A stretch of DNA of 64,000 nucleotides from the NCBI GenBank assembly GCA_963741305.1, contig CAVUHL010000002.1, forward strand, positions 56,607 to 120,606. The letters are read 5' to 3'. Within the stretch, counting starts at the first letter, position 1. The number at the start of each line of letters is the position of its first letter. Shown in pieces: positions 1 through 10,839 of the stretch. This DNA comes from an uncultured Holophagales bacterium (GTDB lineage Bacteria > Acidobacteriota > Thermoanaerobaculia > Multivoradales > UBA5704). A model generated the notes under the pieces. That model did no database searches. It was not told the DNA's origin and saw only the letters and a program-made list of their open reading frames with translations. The translations under genes were made by a program, and so were the position numbers.

Positions 1-53
1 TCGAGTCCGTATAGGGATACACACAGGGCTCTCCGTTGAAGAAGGATGATTAT

Positions 54-822
54 CTACCGCCAATCCCCACCCCTCCCCTTTCCGCGCTGAAACTCCCGTG
101 CACCGTCAGTCGCTTCGCCGCTCTCCATCGTCTGCTCCCCCAGCCGGGCCTCGATCTTCAAGCCCTCTTCCAGCGGCTGGCCGAGCCCCTCGTAGACAGC
201 TCGCCGGTCGTTGCGCAGAGCGGCTTGGGGGAAGGCGGCGAGGAGGTGGGCGAGCTCGATGGCTCTTGAAAGGGCCTGTCCGGCCGGCGCCACTTCGTTG
301 GCGAGACCCATGGATAGGGCCTCTGCGGCGGTGACCGGACGTCCGGTCAGGATCAGCTCCAAGGCGCGGCCGAGGCCCACGATGCGCGGGGAGACGTTGC
401 GTGCCGCCGTCCACCAGGGGAACACCGAAACGGCGCTCGAAGCAGCCAAAAACGGCGGTCTCGTCCGCGATCCGCAGATCGCACCAACAGGCTAACTCGA
501 GCCCACCGGCCACGCAGTAGCCGGAGACAGCAGCGATCGTAGGCTTTCCCACAGCGAGGCGGGTGAATCCCAGAGGCCCATTCTCGCCAGTCACCTCGGC
601 GGCCAGGGCTTCGAGATCCTTGAGGTCGGCCCCGGCGCAGAAGACCTCGTCGCCGCCGGTGAGGATCCCCACCTTCGCCGCGGGATCCTGGTCGAAGGCG
701 AGCCAGGCTTCTCGCAGGGCCCGTGCCGTCCGGGCGTCGACGGCGTTGCGCGCCTCCGGCCGGTGGATCCGAAGGATACGGATCGGGCCGTCGGCGGTAA
801 CGTGGACGGGATCGTTCAACAT
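54..822 (-). CDS. enoyl-CoA hydratase/isomerase (crotonase-fold) protein, frame broken once
   Basis: ORF 106..822 gives the N-terminal part with crotonase motifs (GGDEVFCAGADLKDL; AAVSGYCVAGGLELACWCDLRIA). ORF 54..449 gives the C-terminal part (LILTGRPVTAAEALSMGLANEV). These are consecutive pieces in two frames, switching near 400-450. Confidence 0.8.
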
Positions 823-953
823 TCGATGGCAGTCTCGAAGGTCACCGAAAGGATCTCATTTCTACAAGATAAAGACCGGGCGGTCAATCCCGCCCCGCAG
901 CCCAGCCCCCCGCCTCCTGTATGCTCCGCCGTCGAGACGAGGGAGGAACCAAC

Positions 954-1826
954 ATGCCCTGGGACGTGCGCGGCAAGACCATCCTGGTGACGGGAGCGAC
1001 GAGCGGCATCGGGCTGGAGGCTTCGGTGGCGCTTGCCGGACGCGGTGCGCGGGTCGTCCTGGTGGGGCGGGACCCCGGACGCACCGAGGCCGCGGTGGCG
1101 AATGTGGCGGCACGGAGCGGATCGCGGGAGGTGTCGCATCTGCTCTGCGACTTCTCCTCGCAGGCAGCCATCCGCAAGCTCGCCGAAACCTTTCTTGCCG
1201 GTCACGACCGGCTCGATGTGCTGGTGAACAATGCGGGTGCGGTGAACAAACGACGGAGCATGACGGTGGACGGCATCGAGACGACGTTCGCCGTCAATCA
1301 TCTCGGTTATTTTCTGTTGACGAACCTTCTCCGGGATCTGCTGGTGCGAAGCGCCCCGGCCCGGGTGGTCACCGTGGCCTCCATCGGACACCGGCAGGGG
1401 ACGCTCGATTTCGACGATCTCGGCTATGAGCGCGGCTATCGCATCATGAGGGCTTATGCGCGCTCGAAGCTCGCCAATGTCCTGTTTGCCGCCGAGCTGG
1501 CGCGCCGTCTCGTTGGCACAGGCGTGACCTCGAACAGCTTGCACCCCGGCGCCGTGGCAACGAACATCTGGACCGGCGCACCGGCATGGGCAAAGCCTCT
1601 CATTTACCTCCTTCTCCGGACTTCTTTCATCAGTGCCGAAGAGGGCGCCAGGACCATCGTGCAGTTGGTGGCGGACCCCGATCTGGAAGGAGTCACCGGC
1701 AAGTACTTCGAGAAGGGTAAAGTTGTTACGCCTGCGCCCCTGGCGCAGGACGAAGCCCTCGCGCAGCGCCTCTGGGAGGTGAGCGCTGGCTTGGTGGGGC
1801 TCCCGGACAAACCAAAAACTGGTTAG
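954..1826 (+). CDS. SDR family NAD(P)-dependent oxidoreductase
   Basis: ORF 921..1826. The likely start is ATG 954, preceded by GGAGG. Motifs present: TGATSGIG Rossmann motif, NNAG, and YARSK (YxxxK) catalytic motif. Confidence 0.85.
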   Translation: MPWDVRGKTILVTGATSGIGLEASVALAGRGARVVLVGRDPGRTEAAVANVAARSGSREVSHLLCDFSSQAAIRKLAETFLAGHDRLDVLVNNAGAVNKRRSMTVDGIETTFAVNHLGYFLLTNLLRDLLVRSAPARVVTVASIGHRQGTLDFDDLGYERGYRIMRAYARSKLANVLFAAELARRLVGTGVTSNSLHPGAVATNIWTGAPAWAKPLIYLLLRTSFISAEEGARTIVQLVADPDLEGVTGKYFEKGKVVTPAPLAQDEALAQRLWEVSAGLVGLPDKPKTG

Positions 1827-1911
1827 AAGCTCCCAGGGGGTGCGATAACCGGCCCCTCGCGACAGTCTGAGACAGAAGCGGACCCTTTTCCTCCGCGAAA
1901 GGAGAGATGAG

Positions 1912-3312
1912 ATGTCTCAGACAATCAGGCAGACGGGAGGGCCGTGGCTGATCGCCTTGCTCCTCGCCGGCGCGGCTCAGGCTCAGACGTTCCACTATTT
2001 GTATCACCTGGGAGATGCTCCCAACGATTTGACGTCGGTGATCCAGACGTCCAACAGCCAGTATCTCGCCACGGCGAACTTCAAGGGAGGCGCCTCCCTG
2101 ATGAGGCTGAACGCCAACGGCGATATCAACCTGACGCGCCTCTATCAGGAGGCTGCGGCGGACCCCCTGCGCGCCGCTATGGTCCGCCAGCACGGGGACT
2201 ACTTCGCCTGGACCGGAGATCACCGGACCTCAGGGGGGCAGGCGCACGATCCTGTTTTCGTCATCGTCAAATTCAACCTGGACTTCCACAAGGCTTTCAG
2301 GATCGATTTCGGCGCGCCTGCCGATGCCAGAGCCTTGGAGATCGGCCCTGGTCCGGGCGGAGATTTATTTGTCGGTGGCGTGGTGCGGCCCGACTCCGGT
2401 CAGGCGGATCCCTGGATCGCCCGCTTCTCTCCTAACGGCACTCTCAAATGGGCTAAAGTCTTCGATTGTTCTCAGGCCTGCGATCTCCGCTCCCTCCTTC
2501 CCACGAGCGATGGCGGCGTGATCGGCGTCGGCCAGGCGACGGTCGATATCCATGGGTTTTCCACCAAGCCCCGGATGTTCGCCTTCAAGGTGAAGCCCAC
2601 CGGCGATCCCGAATGGGCTTACGCGTATCACGTGGACAAAGTCTTGTTGTCCAACAGCCAGCAGTGGCTGGCCGACCTCAGCGCCTCGGGGCCCACCATC
2701 TCCGTTGCCGGCAACGTGACGGACCTCTGCTCCAACTCGCTCTCCCCGTGCGCCACGCGCCCTCCCTCCATTCTGACGGCGAAGCTCGACCCATTGAGCG
2801 GCTCTCTCGGTTCGGCCCTCGCGATCTTTCCTCCGGACGGACGCCCCGTCTTGGCAACCACGATCACCAGGGACCAAGCCCACGTCACGATCGGAGGAAC
2901 GATGCGGAATCTCCAGGGCGGAGGAGACGAGGCATTTCTTCTGAAGGGGATCCCCGAGGACAACATCCTCCAGGGAAAGCTGTACGGCGATGGCACCGGC
3001 CCCGCCCATTCGGGAATCGTGGATCTGGCCCGGGCCGCCAACACCAACCCGCAAGGCCCAGTCTTCGTCACCTGGCAGAGAAAAGGCGCTCTCCAGCGGC
3101 CGGCCGTCGTACGGACCAACGCGCTGCTGAGCGCAGGAACGCCGTTTCAACACTGTGAGCGCCCGGTTACCTTGAAGGAGGCGAGAATCAAGGTCAGTAA
3201 GCAACCCCTCAAGATTCCGCCCAAGGATGGAAAGGTCAAGGAGATCAAGCTCCTGGTCCCCGAGATCCACCCAACCCGGTCGCCCTGCGCTTCCGTGGCG
3301 GCTCCGGGCTAG
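1912..3312 (+). CDS. secreted hypothetical protein
   Basis: Uninterrupted 466-aa ORF with an N-terminal signal-peptide-like segment (WLIALLLAGAAQAQ). I recognise no catalytic motif. Confidence 0.55.
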   Translation: MSQTIRQTGGPWLIALLLAGAAQAQTFHYLYHLGDAPNDLTSVIQTSNSQYLATANFKGGASLMRLNANGDINLTRLYQEAAADPLRAAMVRQHGDYFAWTGDHRTSGGQAHDPVFVIVKFNLDFHKAFRIDFGAPADARALEIGPGPGGDLFVGGVVRPDSGQADPWIARFSPNGTLKWAKVFDCSQACDLRSLLPTSDGGVIGVGQATVDIHGFSTKPRMFAFKVKPTGDPEWAYAYHVDKVLLSNSQQWLADLSASGPTISVAGNVTDLCSNSLSPCATRPPSILTAKLDPLSGSLGSALAIFPPDGRPVLATTITRDQAHVTIGGTMRNLQGGGDEAFLLKGIPEDNILQGKLYGDGTGPAHSGIVDLARAANTNPQGPVFVTWQRKGALQRPAVVRTNALLSAGTPFQHCERPVTLKEARIKVSKQPLKIPPKDGKVKEIKLLVPEIHPTRSPCASVAAPG

Positions 3313-3332
3313 AAGTGCGCGGTAAAATCGTC

Positions 3333-3409
3333 CCTGGGACCGCCGGCGTCTCGCCGGCCTTCTAATTAGCTTTTGGTTAGTTGGCCGGCGAGACGCCGGC
3401 GGTCCCAGG
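3333..3409. terminator. perfect 27-bp hairpin made of two inverted REP-like units; probable bidirectional terminator
   Basis: CCTGGGACCGCCGGCGTCTCGCCGGCC (3333-3359) and its exact reverse complement (3383-3409) flank a 23-nt AT-rich loop. The hairpin lies between convergent genes ending at 3312 (+) and 3377 (-). Confidence 0.6.
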
Positions 3410-3936
3410 AACGATCTGCGCACGGGCCTTGCCACCCGAGACGAGCCAACGCAGCAAGCGCACCCACGGCGACCAAGCCCGCACACAAGGCGGGAGACCC
3501 AAAGAGACCTCCGCCGTCGTGAGAGAGTCCTCGATCAGCGCGTCGTGCATGGGCCGGAATACCAGAGGCCACGAGACCACTGCTAGACCGTGGGTCGTCA
3601 TCCTCAAGGTATGCCGCAGCACGACGGCCCCACCCGCCGGCAGCACCTCATAGCCATGAAACCCGTCGAATCCCTTGGGACCCGTGAAACGAAATTGATG
3701 GATCGGCCGGGATGGTACTCTTCGACGAAGTACCGGATAGGACCATGACCGCCCGTCGCGCCCACCCCGAGAGGACGGTCGAATTCCATCCGCGGCCAGG
3801 ACTGCTTCGACCACAAGGCGTCGCCTTTGGACGCCAGCGAATCCATCAGCGCCCCCACTTTTTCGCTGGTGGCTTGCAGCTCGCGTTCGTGGACGTTCAC
3901 TACTTTCATGGCGGATCTCCCGAGCACGCCTAGCAA
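3377..3936 (-). CDS. SRPBCC-fold (polyketide cyclase/START-like) protein, frame broken once
   Basis: ORF 3604..3936 (N-terminal part, MKVVNVHERELQATSEKVGALMDSL...GPIRYFVEEYHPGRSI) continues in ORF 3377..3814 (HQFRFTGPKGFDGFHGYEVLPAGG...PMHDALIEDSL). The family call rests on pattern recognition only. Confidence 0.5.
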
Positions 3937-4299
3937 GAGGACTTACTTCTCCAGCTCTGTGCCATGTCTGGCATACACGCCCGAGAAGCTAACCGGCGCC
4001 ATCCGCGCGAAAGTGCGGTTGGCGTCCGGTGCAGCGGAGTGTTAGCTGCCCACTTCCACCTTCTTTGTGATTACAACGCGTAGGTAGCGTTTCAAGTTCT
4101 CAAGGCTTATGCTGAATCCCTTAAAATGCGGATCACGTGTGAGCGCATCCCAGTCCTCCGCAGTCAACTCACGTCCAGCTTGACTTTCCACCAGTTTTCT
4201 CCAATCGAACCCTTCGGTTACAAGTTCCTTGTAGACTTCTTTTCTCGTAACACGTCGTCCAGTACATGGCCATGAGCAAGACTGACGTTAATAGCATAT

Positions 4300-4989
4300 T
4301 CAAATGATCGTCGAACTCCAAGCACCACAAGTTGAAATTCGCTTCCGCCCATCGACCAGATCAACGGACAGAGAGGGCTCAAGCATCACATTCCAATGGA
4401 ACGGTCCTACTCGAACCTCCGGCTGGTTAGATTTCTGAAAATCTTCCAAAAAATCCGATACGGTCATAACTTCCACACCGTCTGGGTCGAAGAGTTTTTG
4501 CACCCCCATTAGATCAATTTCTATTCCATCTTCCAGAATCGCCCTAGCAGCAATCTGTTCAGAGCGAGACAGGACTATCCTGAACCAATTTCTGTCGGAA
4601 AACAGTTCTTGCCAGTCAAGCGCTTCTGCCTCCCTGTACGTAAGAAGCCTTATGAAGTTCTGTCTTGCGACGGCTCGTGCACCTGCATCAAAGCCTGAAG
4701 GCGAGATCATCACTCCCTGCGGGTTACCGATATCTCTCAACTTCGACACGAATGCCTCAACCTTTTCGATACCAACAGGCCGCCTGTGCTTCCGGCATTC
4801 TATTACTATAAGAACACTGTGCAACCCTATGCTCTGACGAATCGTGACATCGAGTTGTCTAAGCCTGCCTGAGGCACCTCGCACCTTCTCATTGTGCCGC
4901 ACTTCGGCACTTGGGGCGAGTTGCTTTTGGATCTCAGCAACTAGCTTCTCGAAGTCGCGCCAATCAGAAGATTGTCTCATCTCAATCAA
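4300..4989 (-). CDS. restriction endonuclease-like (Mrr catalytic domain) protein
   Basis: 229-aa ORF. The N-terminal half has an Mrr_cat-type pattern (FEKLVAEI...RQLDVTI...VLIVIECRKHRRPVGIEKVEAFVSKL...GVMISPSGF). The region is visibly AT-richer than its flanks. Confidence 0.6.
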   Translation of the reverse strand: MIEMRQSSDWRDFEKLVAEIQKQLAPSAEVRHNEKVRGASGRLRQLDVTIRQSIGLHSVLIVIECRKHRRPVGIEKVEAFVSKLRDIGNPQGVMISPSGFDAGARAVARQNFIRLLTYREAEALDWQELFSDRNWFRIVLSRSEQIAARAILEDGIEIDLMGVQKLFDPDGVEVMTVSDFLEDFQKSNQPEVRVGPFHWNVMLEPSLSVDLVDGRKRISTCGAWSSTII

Positions 4990-5318
4990 TATGGCAGCTC
5001 GCCTTTATTTCTACTTTCGCCGAACCCGCCGTGGTATGCCTAACGTTATCCGATGTGTCGCAAAAGAGCCTCACGCATAGCTCTCATCCTATAAAAAACC
5101 TAGCTATTCTACCTTGAGGCCTTTTGCTAGTCAAGGCGGCTTGAATCCGCTGATAAGCAGCCAGGCACTTGGTTCTGCGCCACGTTTGCGTGGGAGGTTC
5201 TGTGGACCCCGTGAGCCTTGGCTATCTCTTTCCAGAAGCAAGGGTTGAGGGAAGAGACCCGCAGAAGCCCTCGGGTAAGGTCACACCTTTGCACATAATC
5301 GAGAACTAATCAGGTCGA

Positions 5319-5518
5319 GGCCCGAAGGGCCATGGGGATACAGCCTGGTGCTTCAGCGCCAGGTGGGGGGATCCACTATTTCCACGAAGTCCTGAAGGGA
5401 CGTAGGAAGTTGCGGCCTCGGTGCCGCTCCCTACGCCCCCTCGGGGCTTTATGGGATGGGCGGGGCCGCCGACCTTGGCGCTGAAGCGCCAGGCTGTACT
5501 CCTGTGGCCCTTCGGGCC
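5319..5518. repeat. 200-bp palindromic element, copy 1
   Basis: ~44-nt terminal inverted arms (5319-5363 vs 5475-5518). The arms begin GGCCCGAAGGGCC and each contains its own small hairpin. The conserved core CGCCCCCTCGGGGCTTTATGGGATGGGC is shared with the copy at 8424-8628. Confidence 0.6.
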
Positions 5519-5649
5519 TGGGCGCAACCACCCTTTATGAAATGTGTGTAACGGTATGAGGTAGGATAGAGCCTGCGGAGGCAGGTTGCATAGCGCGTGG
5601 ACGTGATCTCGATCAACGCGAGCCCAAGGAAAAGAAGGAAGCGAACCTA

Positions 5650-5970
5650 TCAGGTCCCGAGCCTTATGGTCTGACCCGGGCCAATGAAGCTGAGTGTGCG
5701 AAGCAGGTCAGGCACTAGCGGCCGTAGCGAGAGTACACTGTTCGAACGTGCGCGGAGAACAACCACAGCGAGATTGAAGACGGCCACATGTTGCTGCCAG
5801 GGAAGGCTGTGATCCACCGTGACGAGGACATCAAAACGACCCTCAGCAGCGGCAAGAAGGTCACCGTTTTTCTTGCCAGCGAGCCCGGCTTCTCGCACTG
5901 TCACCACCCGAAGTTCGGGTAGCAGTGCCCGGAACCCTTCAGGAACGCACTCGTCAAGCAGGACGCGCAT
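5650..5970 (-). CDS. DUF5615-type PIN-like putative toxin
   Basis: 106-aa ORF starting MRVLLDECVPEGF, with ...DVLVTVDHSL further in. It overlaps the upstream DUF433 gene by 17 nt, a typical two-gene TA layout. Confidence 0.6.
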   Translation of the reverse strand: MRVLLDECVPEGFRALLPELRVVTVREAGLAGKKNGDLLAAAEGRFDVLVTVDHSLPWQQHVAVFNLAVVVLRARSNSVLSLRPLVPDLLRTLSFIGPGQTIRLGT

Positions 5971-6175
5971 GCGCCAGAAAAGCTTCCTTTGCTTCCTCCA
6001 GCGCGATGATTGCCTGCTCTCGGGTCACGGTCGGGAAGTCCGCCAGGAACTCCGAAAGAGGCTGGCCTTCTTCCAGGTAATCCATGAGCGTCTGGAAGGG
6101 TACCCGAGTGCCAACGAAGACCGGAGTACCCCCGAGGATTTCAGGGTCGCTGTGAACGGGTCGTGCGGTTGCCAT
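5954..6175 (-). CDS. DUF433 domain protein (putative antitoxin)
   Basis: 73-aa ORF with the DUF433 signature PEILGGTPVFVGTRVPFQTLMDYLEEGQPLSEFLADFP. Confidence 0.65.
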   Translation of the reverse strand: MATARPVHSDPEILGGTPVFVGTRVPFQTLMDYLEEGQPLSEFLADFPTVTREQAIIALEEAKEAFLAHARPA

Positions 6176-6405
6176 AGTTTCAACTCCGGCTCACGCCAGC
6201 CTACGTCCGCGGTCCTTCAGGTGTCAAGAGCGAGCCCAGCTTATCCGCACTCCGAACCGCACCGGGAAACCATGAGAGAGGCCGGCAGGCCGCCGTGGTC
6301 CCATGAGGATGCCGAGAGTTGGGGCGAATGCATTGCGCGCGGGGGCGAATGTTCCGGAGACGATCGGCAGCCGGGTCAGGAAGATCGCAGTTCAGTGGCC
6401 GGAGG

Positions 6406-7029
6406 TCAGTCCGCGAAGATCTCGTCGATGGCGGGCTCGAAGCCGGGGAGGACCTCCGAGTCGGCTTTCTCGCCGGGGCCGAACTTCCCTAGAAGCTCGT
6501 AGACTCCATTCCGTAGCGCGAAAACCTCGAGGGAGCGCACCCGCGGGTCGGCGATCCAGTATTCACGGACGCCGGCAAGGGCGTAGATCTCGAACTTGGT
6601 GCGGCGGTCAGTGAGCCAGTTGGAGGGGGAAAGCACTTCGATGATGAGGTCTGGAGCCCCCTCGATGCCGCCCTCTTTGATGATCTCCATCCGGTCTTTG
6701 GAAATGAAGACGAGGTCCGGCTGGACAGGTGTCGCCACGGCAGGGAGGATGACGTCGATCGGCGCCGGGCAGGCTTTGCCCAGGCGTCGTCGCTGCAGGA
6801 AAAGCTTGAGGAGGAATCCGAGGCTGTAGACAGCTTGTTGGTGTTTCCAATTCGGCGCCGGCGTCATGTGGAGCTCCCCTCGCAGCACCTCGTAACGCCA
6901 GCCGTCGTCGGGCAGGCGGCGATAGTCCTCGTACGTCCACTCACCCTGAGCCGGAAGCCGTTCGTCATCGGCCGGTTGTGGGGAAAACGCGAAGGCTTTG
7001 GCTAGGACGGATGCCATGGCGAGAACCAT
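6406..7029 (-). CDS. Uma2 family endonuclease
   Basis: 207-aa ORF with the Uma2/DUF820 pattern (YEVLRGELHMTPAP...PDLVFISKDR...APDLIIEVLSPSN...K...YALAGVREYWIADP). Confidence 0.8.
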   Translation of the reverse strand: MVLAMASVLAKAFAFSPQPADDERLPAQGEWTYEDYRRLPDDGWRYEVLRGELHMTPAPNWKHQQAVYSLGFLLKLFLQRRRLGKACPAPIDVILPAVATPVQPDLVFISKDRMEIIKEGGIEGAPDLIIEVLSPSNWLTDRRTKFEIYALAGVREYWIADPRVRSLEVFALRNGVYELLGKFGPGEKADSEVLPGFEPAIDEIFAD

Positions 7030-7099
7030 CGTAGGAGTGATGGTCTCCCGGTGTCAAACGGAGGCGGACCGTTCGCGGTGCCGCCGAGAGAGGACTTAC

Positions 7100-8361
7100 C
7101 TACCGGACCCCGGCAAGCCTGCGGACCCTGACCTCCGGATAGCTCGCCTTTCCCGCCAGCAGCGGCGAGCGCTGGCCGAGCAGCTCCTGATCGAAGAACT
7201 GGCGAACGATTACGCGGGTGATTTCATTCGTGCGATTGGCAGCCATCTTACCCAGCAGGGAGCGCTCGCGCAGCGGGCCGCCCCAGAAGACCATGTCGCT
7301 GAAATCGAGGTGCAGCGTGTGTTGGACGTCCACCCGGAGATAAGGCTTCGCGGTTCGCCGGTAGATGGCGTCGCTCGCCCCCGCCCGCCCGGGCCGGGCC
7401 GAGTACACCATCAGGAACGGACGCCCGAAGCGCTGATCGATCATGTTCCCATACTGCGGGATGCCGTCGAGGTTCAGCCCTGCCTTGCAGCGCCGGTCTT
7501 CGAGGCAGAACTGGCCCGCCGTGACGCCGCCCATGGAATGGCCGAACACTCCCACGCGGCGGAGGTCGAGCCGGCTGGCGAGGCGGCCGGCCGGCGTCTC
7601 CGGTGGCAGCTTGGAGAGCCGGTCCAGGACGAGCTTCGTATCCTCCACCATCTCCTCAAGGCTGCATGGGTGTGGCGGAGCCCCGAGAGGTACTTGCGCA
7701 GCAGCCGGAGCCGCTCCGTATCGTCCTTCTGGCTCGTCACCTCGGCCATGAGGGCATCCTCGGACTCCCACTCGCCGAAAACCTCGCGGACCATCGGCCG
7801 CGGGCTCCCGCTCTCGTCGAGGAGCGTCACCACCCGCCCGTCCGCCAGCGTGGCAGCGGCGGCTTCATAAGGATGGATCACACTGAGCACGACGTAGCCA
7901 TGGCTGGCGAGCTCTTCGAGCAGCGCCGTATAGGCGCTGGCCATCCCGGTATAGCCGTGGGAGAACACGAGGACAGGGAACTTCTTCACGGCCGCCGCGG
8001 GCGCGGCATCCACCTCTGCGTGCGTGCGGACGCTCGCCAGCCCATCGAAAGCCGTGGCAGATCCCAGGGCCTTGGCCAGATCCTGCACCTCGCCGAGGCC
8101 CTCGCGCAGATACGGCGCCAACTCGCCACGGCCGACCACCGCGGGATACCAGGCCAGGACTTCCACCTGTCGAAACCCACCGGCCTCCACCGCCGTCTCC
8201 TGCCGCGATTCGTCCGTCAGCCGCCACGCCGTCGTGCCGATCGCATAAGGACCGGTCGGCGCCGGCAGCTCGAAGAGTGGGGCTGCCGCGGCGAGCACCA
8301 CGCCGTTGAGGAAGGCCGCAAAGGCCATCAGGAGAGTGGGATTCCGACTGCTTGGGATCAT
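7100..8361 (-). CDS. secreted alpha/beta hydrolase (PAF-acetylhydrolase/dienelactone-hydrolase-like), frame broken once
   Basis: ORF 7474..8361 holds the N-terminal part with a signal peptide and VLVFSHGYTG. It continues in ORF 7100..7771, which has the GHSMGG nucleophile elbow. The frame switch is near 7680-7760. Confidence 0.65.
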
Positions 8362-8423
8362 CTTGACAGCGATGGTATCGCAGGTCTGGGATTTGCCTGA
8401 GATTGGTTAGGTTCTCCCGATCT

Positions 8424-8628
8424 CAGCCCCGCCAGGGGGCGGCATTCGCCCAGCCCAGGGCGTGAGCCCTGGGATGTCCGGGTCCGAAGACTCCATTCTT
8501 CGGAAAACCCGCGGGGGCATGGAATCCGGTATGTGCACCCCTGTCGCCCCTCGGGGCTCTGGAGATGGGCCGCCAGGCAACCCAGGGCTCGCGCCCTGGG
8601 CTGGGGGAATGCCGCCCTGCCGGGGCTG
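8424..8628. repeat. 205-bp palindromic element, copy 2
   Basis: ~47-nt inverted arms (8424-8472 vs 8582-8628). The core CGCCCCTCGGGGCTCTGGAGATGGGC matches copy 1 and the overall architecture is the same. Confidence 0.6.
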
Positions 8629-8731
8629 CCCCAATCCGGTGGCTGAAGAAAAAGAGGGGGCGGTACCCCTACCGCCCCCTGTCTCACCCATGAACGCCGT
8701 CTCGGACGGCGGAAAAACCCTAGTGAGGGGC

Positions 8732-10002
8732 CTACCCCTTCTCCCGCCGCTCCCTTCTGAGATACGCCGCGAACTGCCGCACGAGATCCACCGTCACCCT
8801 CTCCTCCTCGCAGGCCTGCCGGAACATGAGGAGAGCCACGATGGCCTCGCGATGAACATCCCGCGCCTCGAAGATCGGCATCAGCTCCGACGCCAACCGC
8901 TTCAAATCCTCATGGCAGCCTTCCTGGGCGAAGAGAAGGGCCAAGTCGAGGGAAACGAGCGCAGCGTCGTACCCCATCTCCCGGGCCAGGAACTCCTGGC
9001 GGACCTCCCGGAAGGCTTCCTCGGCGGGTCCGAGGCGGCCTCGACCCAGGTGGATATTCCCTCCACCCAGCGCAGTCGAACCAAATCCAGAGGTTTTGAA
9101 TTCGACTCCTTGAGCAGTAGGGACACGTCAGGCAGGCGTTGCTCCGCTTCCTCGAACCGTTCCGCCAAGAGGAGGCTCACCAGGATGTTGAAGTGCATGT
9201 ACACGAAGAGCCTCGGTTCGCGGAATTGGTCGATCTCCTTCGCTGCCTCTTCGAGGAGGAGGAAAGCGGAATCGAAATTTCCCATCTCCTCCAGAATCTT
9301 GGCCTTCAGGAGCATGGTCTTCCCGACGCCGTGGAGATCACCGTCTACCTTGTAGAGACCGAGAACCTGATCCGCCAGAGACAAGGCTTCTTCGAGCCTT
9401 CGCTGCGCTCTTCGCAAGGAGCTCTTCAGATCAAGGATCTCGGCTTGTACCTAGCGTTGCCGCTACCACTACGGGCAAGACAGGCTTCCGCTTTGGTGAA
9501 GGCGTCGTCGGCGCTTCGCAGCTCACCCAGCACCCGCCGCGCGTTGCCGAGGTAGGCGAAGCAGCGAGCCCGCAGATCCAGCACCCACTCCACGTCGTAG
9601 GCTTCGCCCAAGTGGCGCACCACCCGAAGGGCGAGATTGGCGAGATCCACCGCTTGCGCGGGGTCGCTGAAAACAGCCTCCCGGCTCTTCGTCAGGAGAA
9701 GCTGGCACAGTCCCCAGGCGTGGAGATCCTCATCCTCCTCCACCTCGCCGGAGTTGCTCCGGGTAGGGCCGGCCGGCGAGGCGCTCCCACAGATCCGGCG
9801 CCTCCCGCCCCTCCAGGAGTGCGACCTCCTCGTTCCAATGACCGACCTGCCTCTGCCAGCGCAGGATCTCCTCGTGCCGTTCCCGGCAAACCGGGCACTG
9901 CGTCAGGAAGTGGGGAATGACGAGGCGGAGCATCTCGTCGTGCTCCAAGCTGCCCGAGAGCCACCGGGCCAGCGTCTCCAGGGAAAGATGGGCGTCGTCC
10001 AA
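8732..10002 (-). CDS. TPR-like regulatory protein with N-terminal CxxC motif, split into four ORF pieces
   Basis: ORFs 9730..10002 (TQCPVCRERHEEILRW), 9426..9743, 8902..9417 and 8732..8977 read as consecutive helical-repeat segments in different frames. Confidence 0.45.
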
Positions 10003-10139
10003 GCGTTTCTCCTCTGGTCGGGTCGTTTTGATGTCTACTCTGATAATAGAAGTATGTCATGTGGTCTCGTTCGTGACATCATAAGACAGAAAAAGGGGGA
10101 CGCGATCCGTCCGCGCCCCCTGACTGGCACCCTCGAAGC

Positions 10140-10481
10140 CTAGTGGCCGTCCGGATCCAGAGACGTGCCCTCGTCCGTGGTCCCGGCAACGCCGTCGGGG
10201 TCGATGGACATGCCTTCGCCATTCATCCCTCCATTCGGGTCGATCGACATCCCCTCCTTCGGCCCGGCCTGCCAGAGGTGGGTGACAAAGGCCCAGAGCC
10301 GCTCGCCGAAAGCGGCAACTTCCTCCATCCCCGGCAGTCCAGGACGGAGGGTGCGGGCCTGGGCTGGGACGCTCCCGGCGAGCAGGCCGATCAGCACGGC
10401 AACGACGGTAAGCACACGGCAGAGAGGGCGATAGGTGGACATGGCAACTCCTTGGGGGGCTGGACTCGGGCGCGGCGGCAT
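10140..10481 (-). CDS. small secreted protein with short MSIDP(N/D)G repeats
   Basis: 113-aa ORF containing a signal-anchor-like segment (VLTVVAVLIGLLAGSVPAQA). Confidence 0.45.
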   Translation of the reverse strand: MPPRPSPAPQGVAMSTYRPLCRVLTVVAVLIGLLAGSVPAQARTLRPGLPGMEEVAAFGERLWAFVTHLWQAGPKEGMSIDPNGGMNGEGMSIDPDGVAGTTDEGTSLDPDGH

Positions 10482-10839
10482 GCCGGCGGAGCCTGCCCTA
10501 TAGAGAGAAGGTTGCTCCAGACGGCAAAAGCGTTCCAGGAAGATGGGAAGAATCTGCGGGCGGTAGGCCTCGGGCCGCCGAGGCCGATCCCCAGAGCTTG
10601 GTGAAGTGGACCGATCGCGCCGCCGCCGAGGCCCTCATCACCCCTCTTCTCCCAGCCTCACGCCCACCCCTCCGGGAGAAGAGGGGCTTCAGGAGGTGCT
10701 TTTTCAGTCTCCCTCCTCTCCCGGTGAGGGCCAAGGCGGCGCCGCGAGCGCTCCGCTTCTCCACGCTCGGGGAATCGGGCACTTCAGTAGGGCCGCCTTG
10801 GGATACAATCCCGCCGAAATCGAAGCGGGAGGGCCACTC

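Noticed and set aside
5306-8691. ORFs 5306..5527 (-), 8358..8687 (-), 8407..8691 (-) and the start of 8462..9355 (+), considered as genes.
   Set aside because: They coincide with the two palindromic elements and read equally well on both strands. The remainder of 8462..9355 is antisense to the TPR gene.
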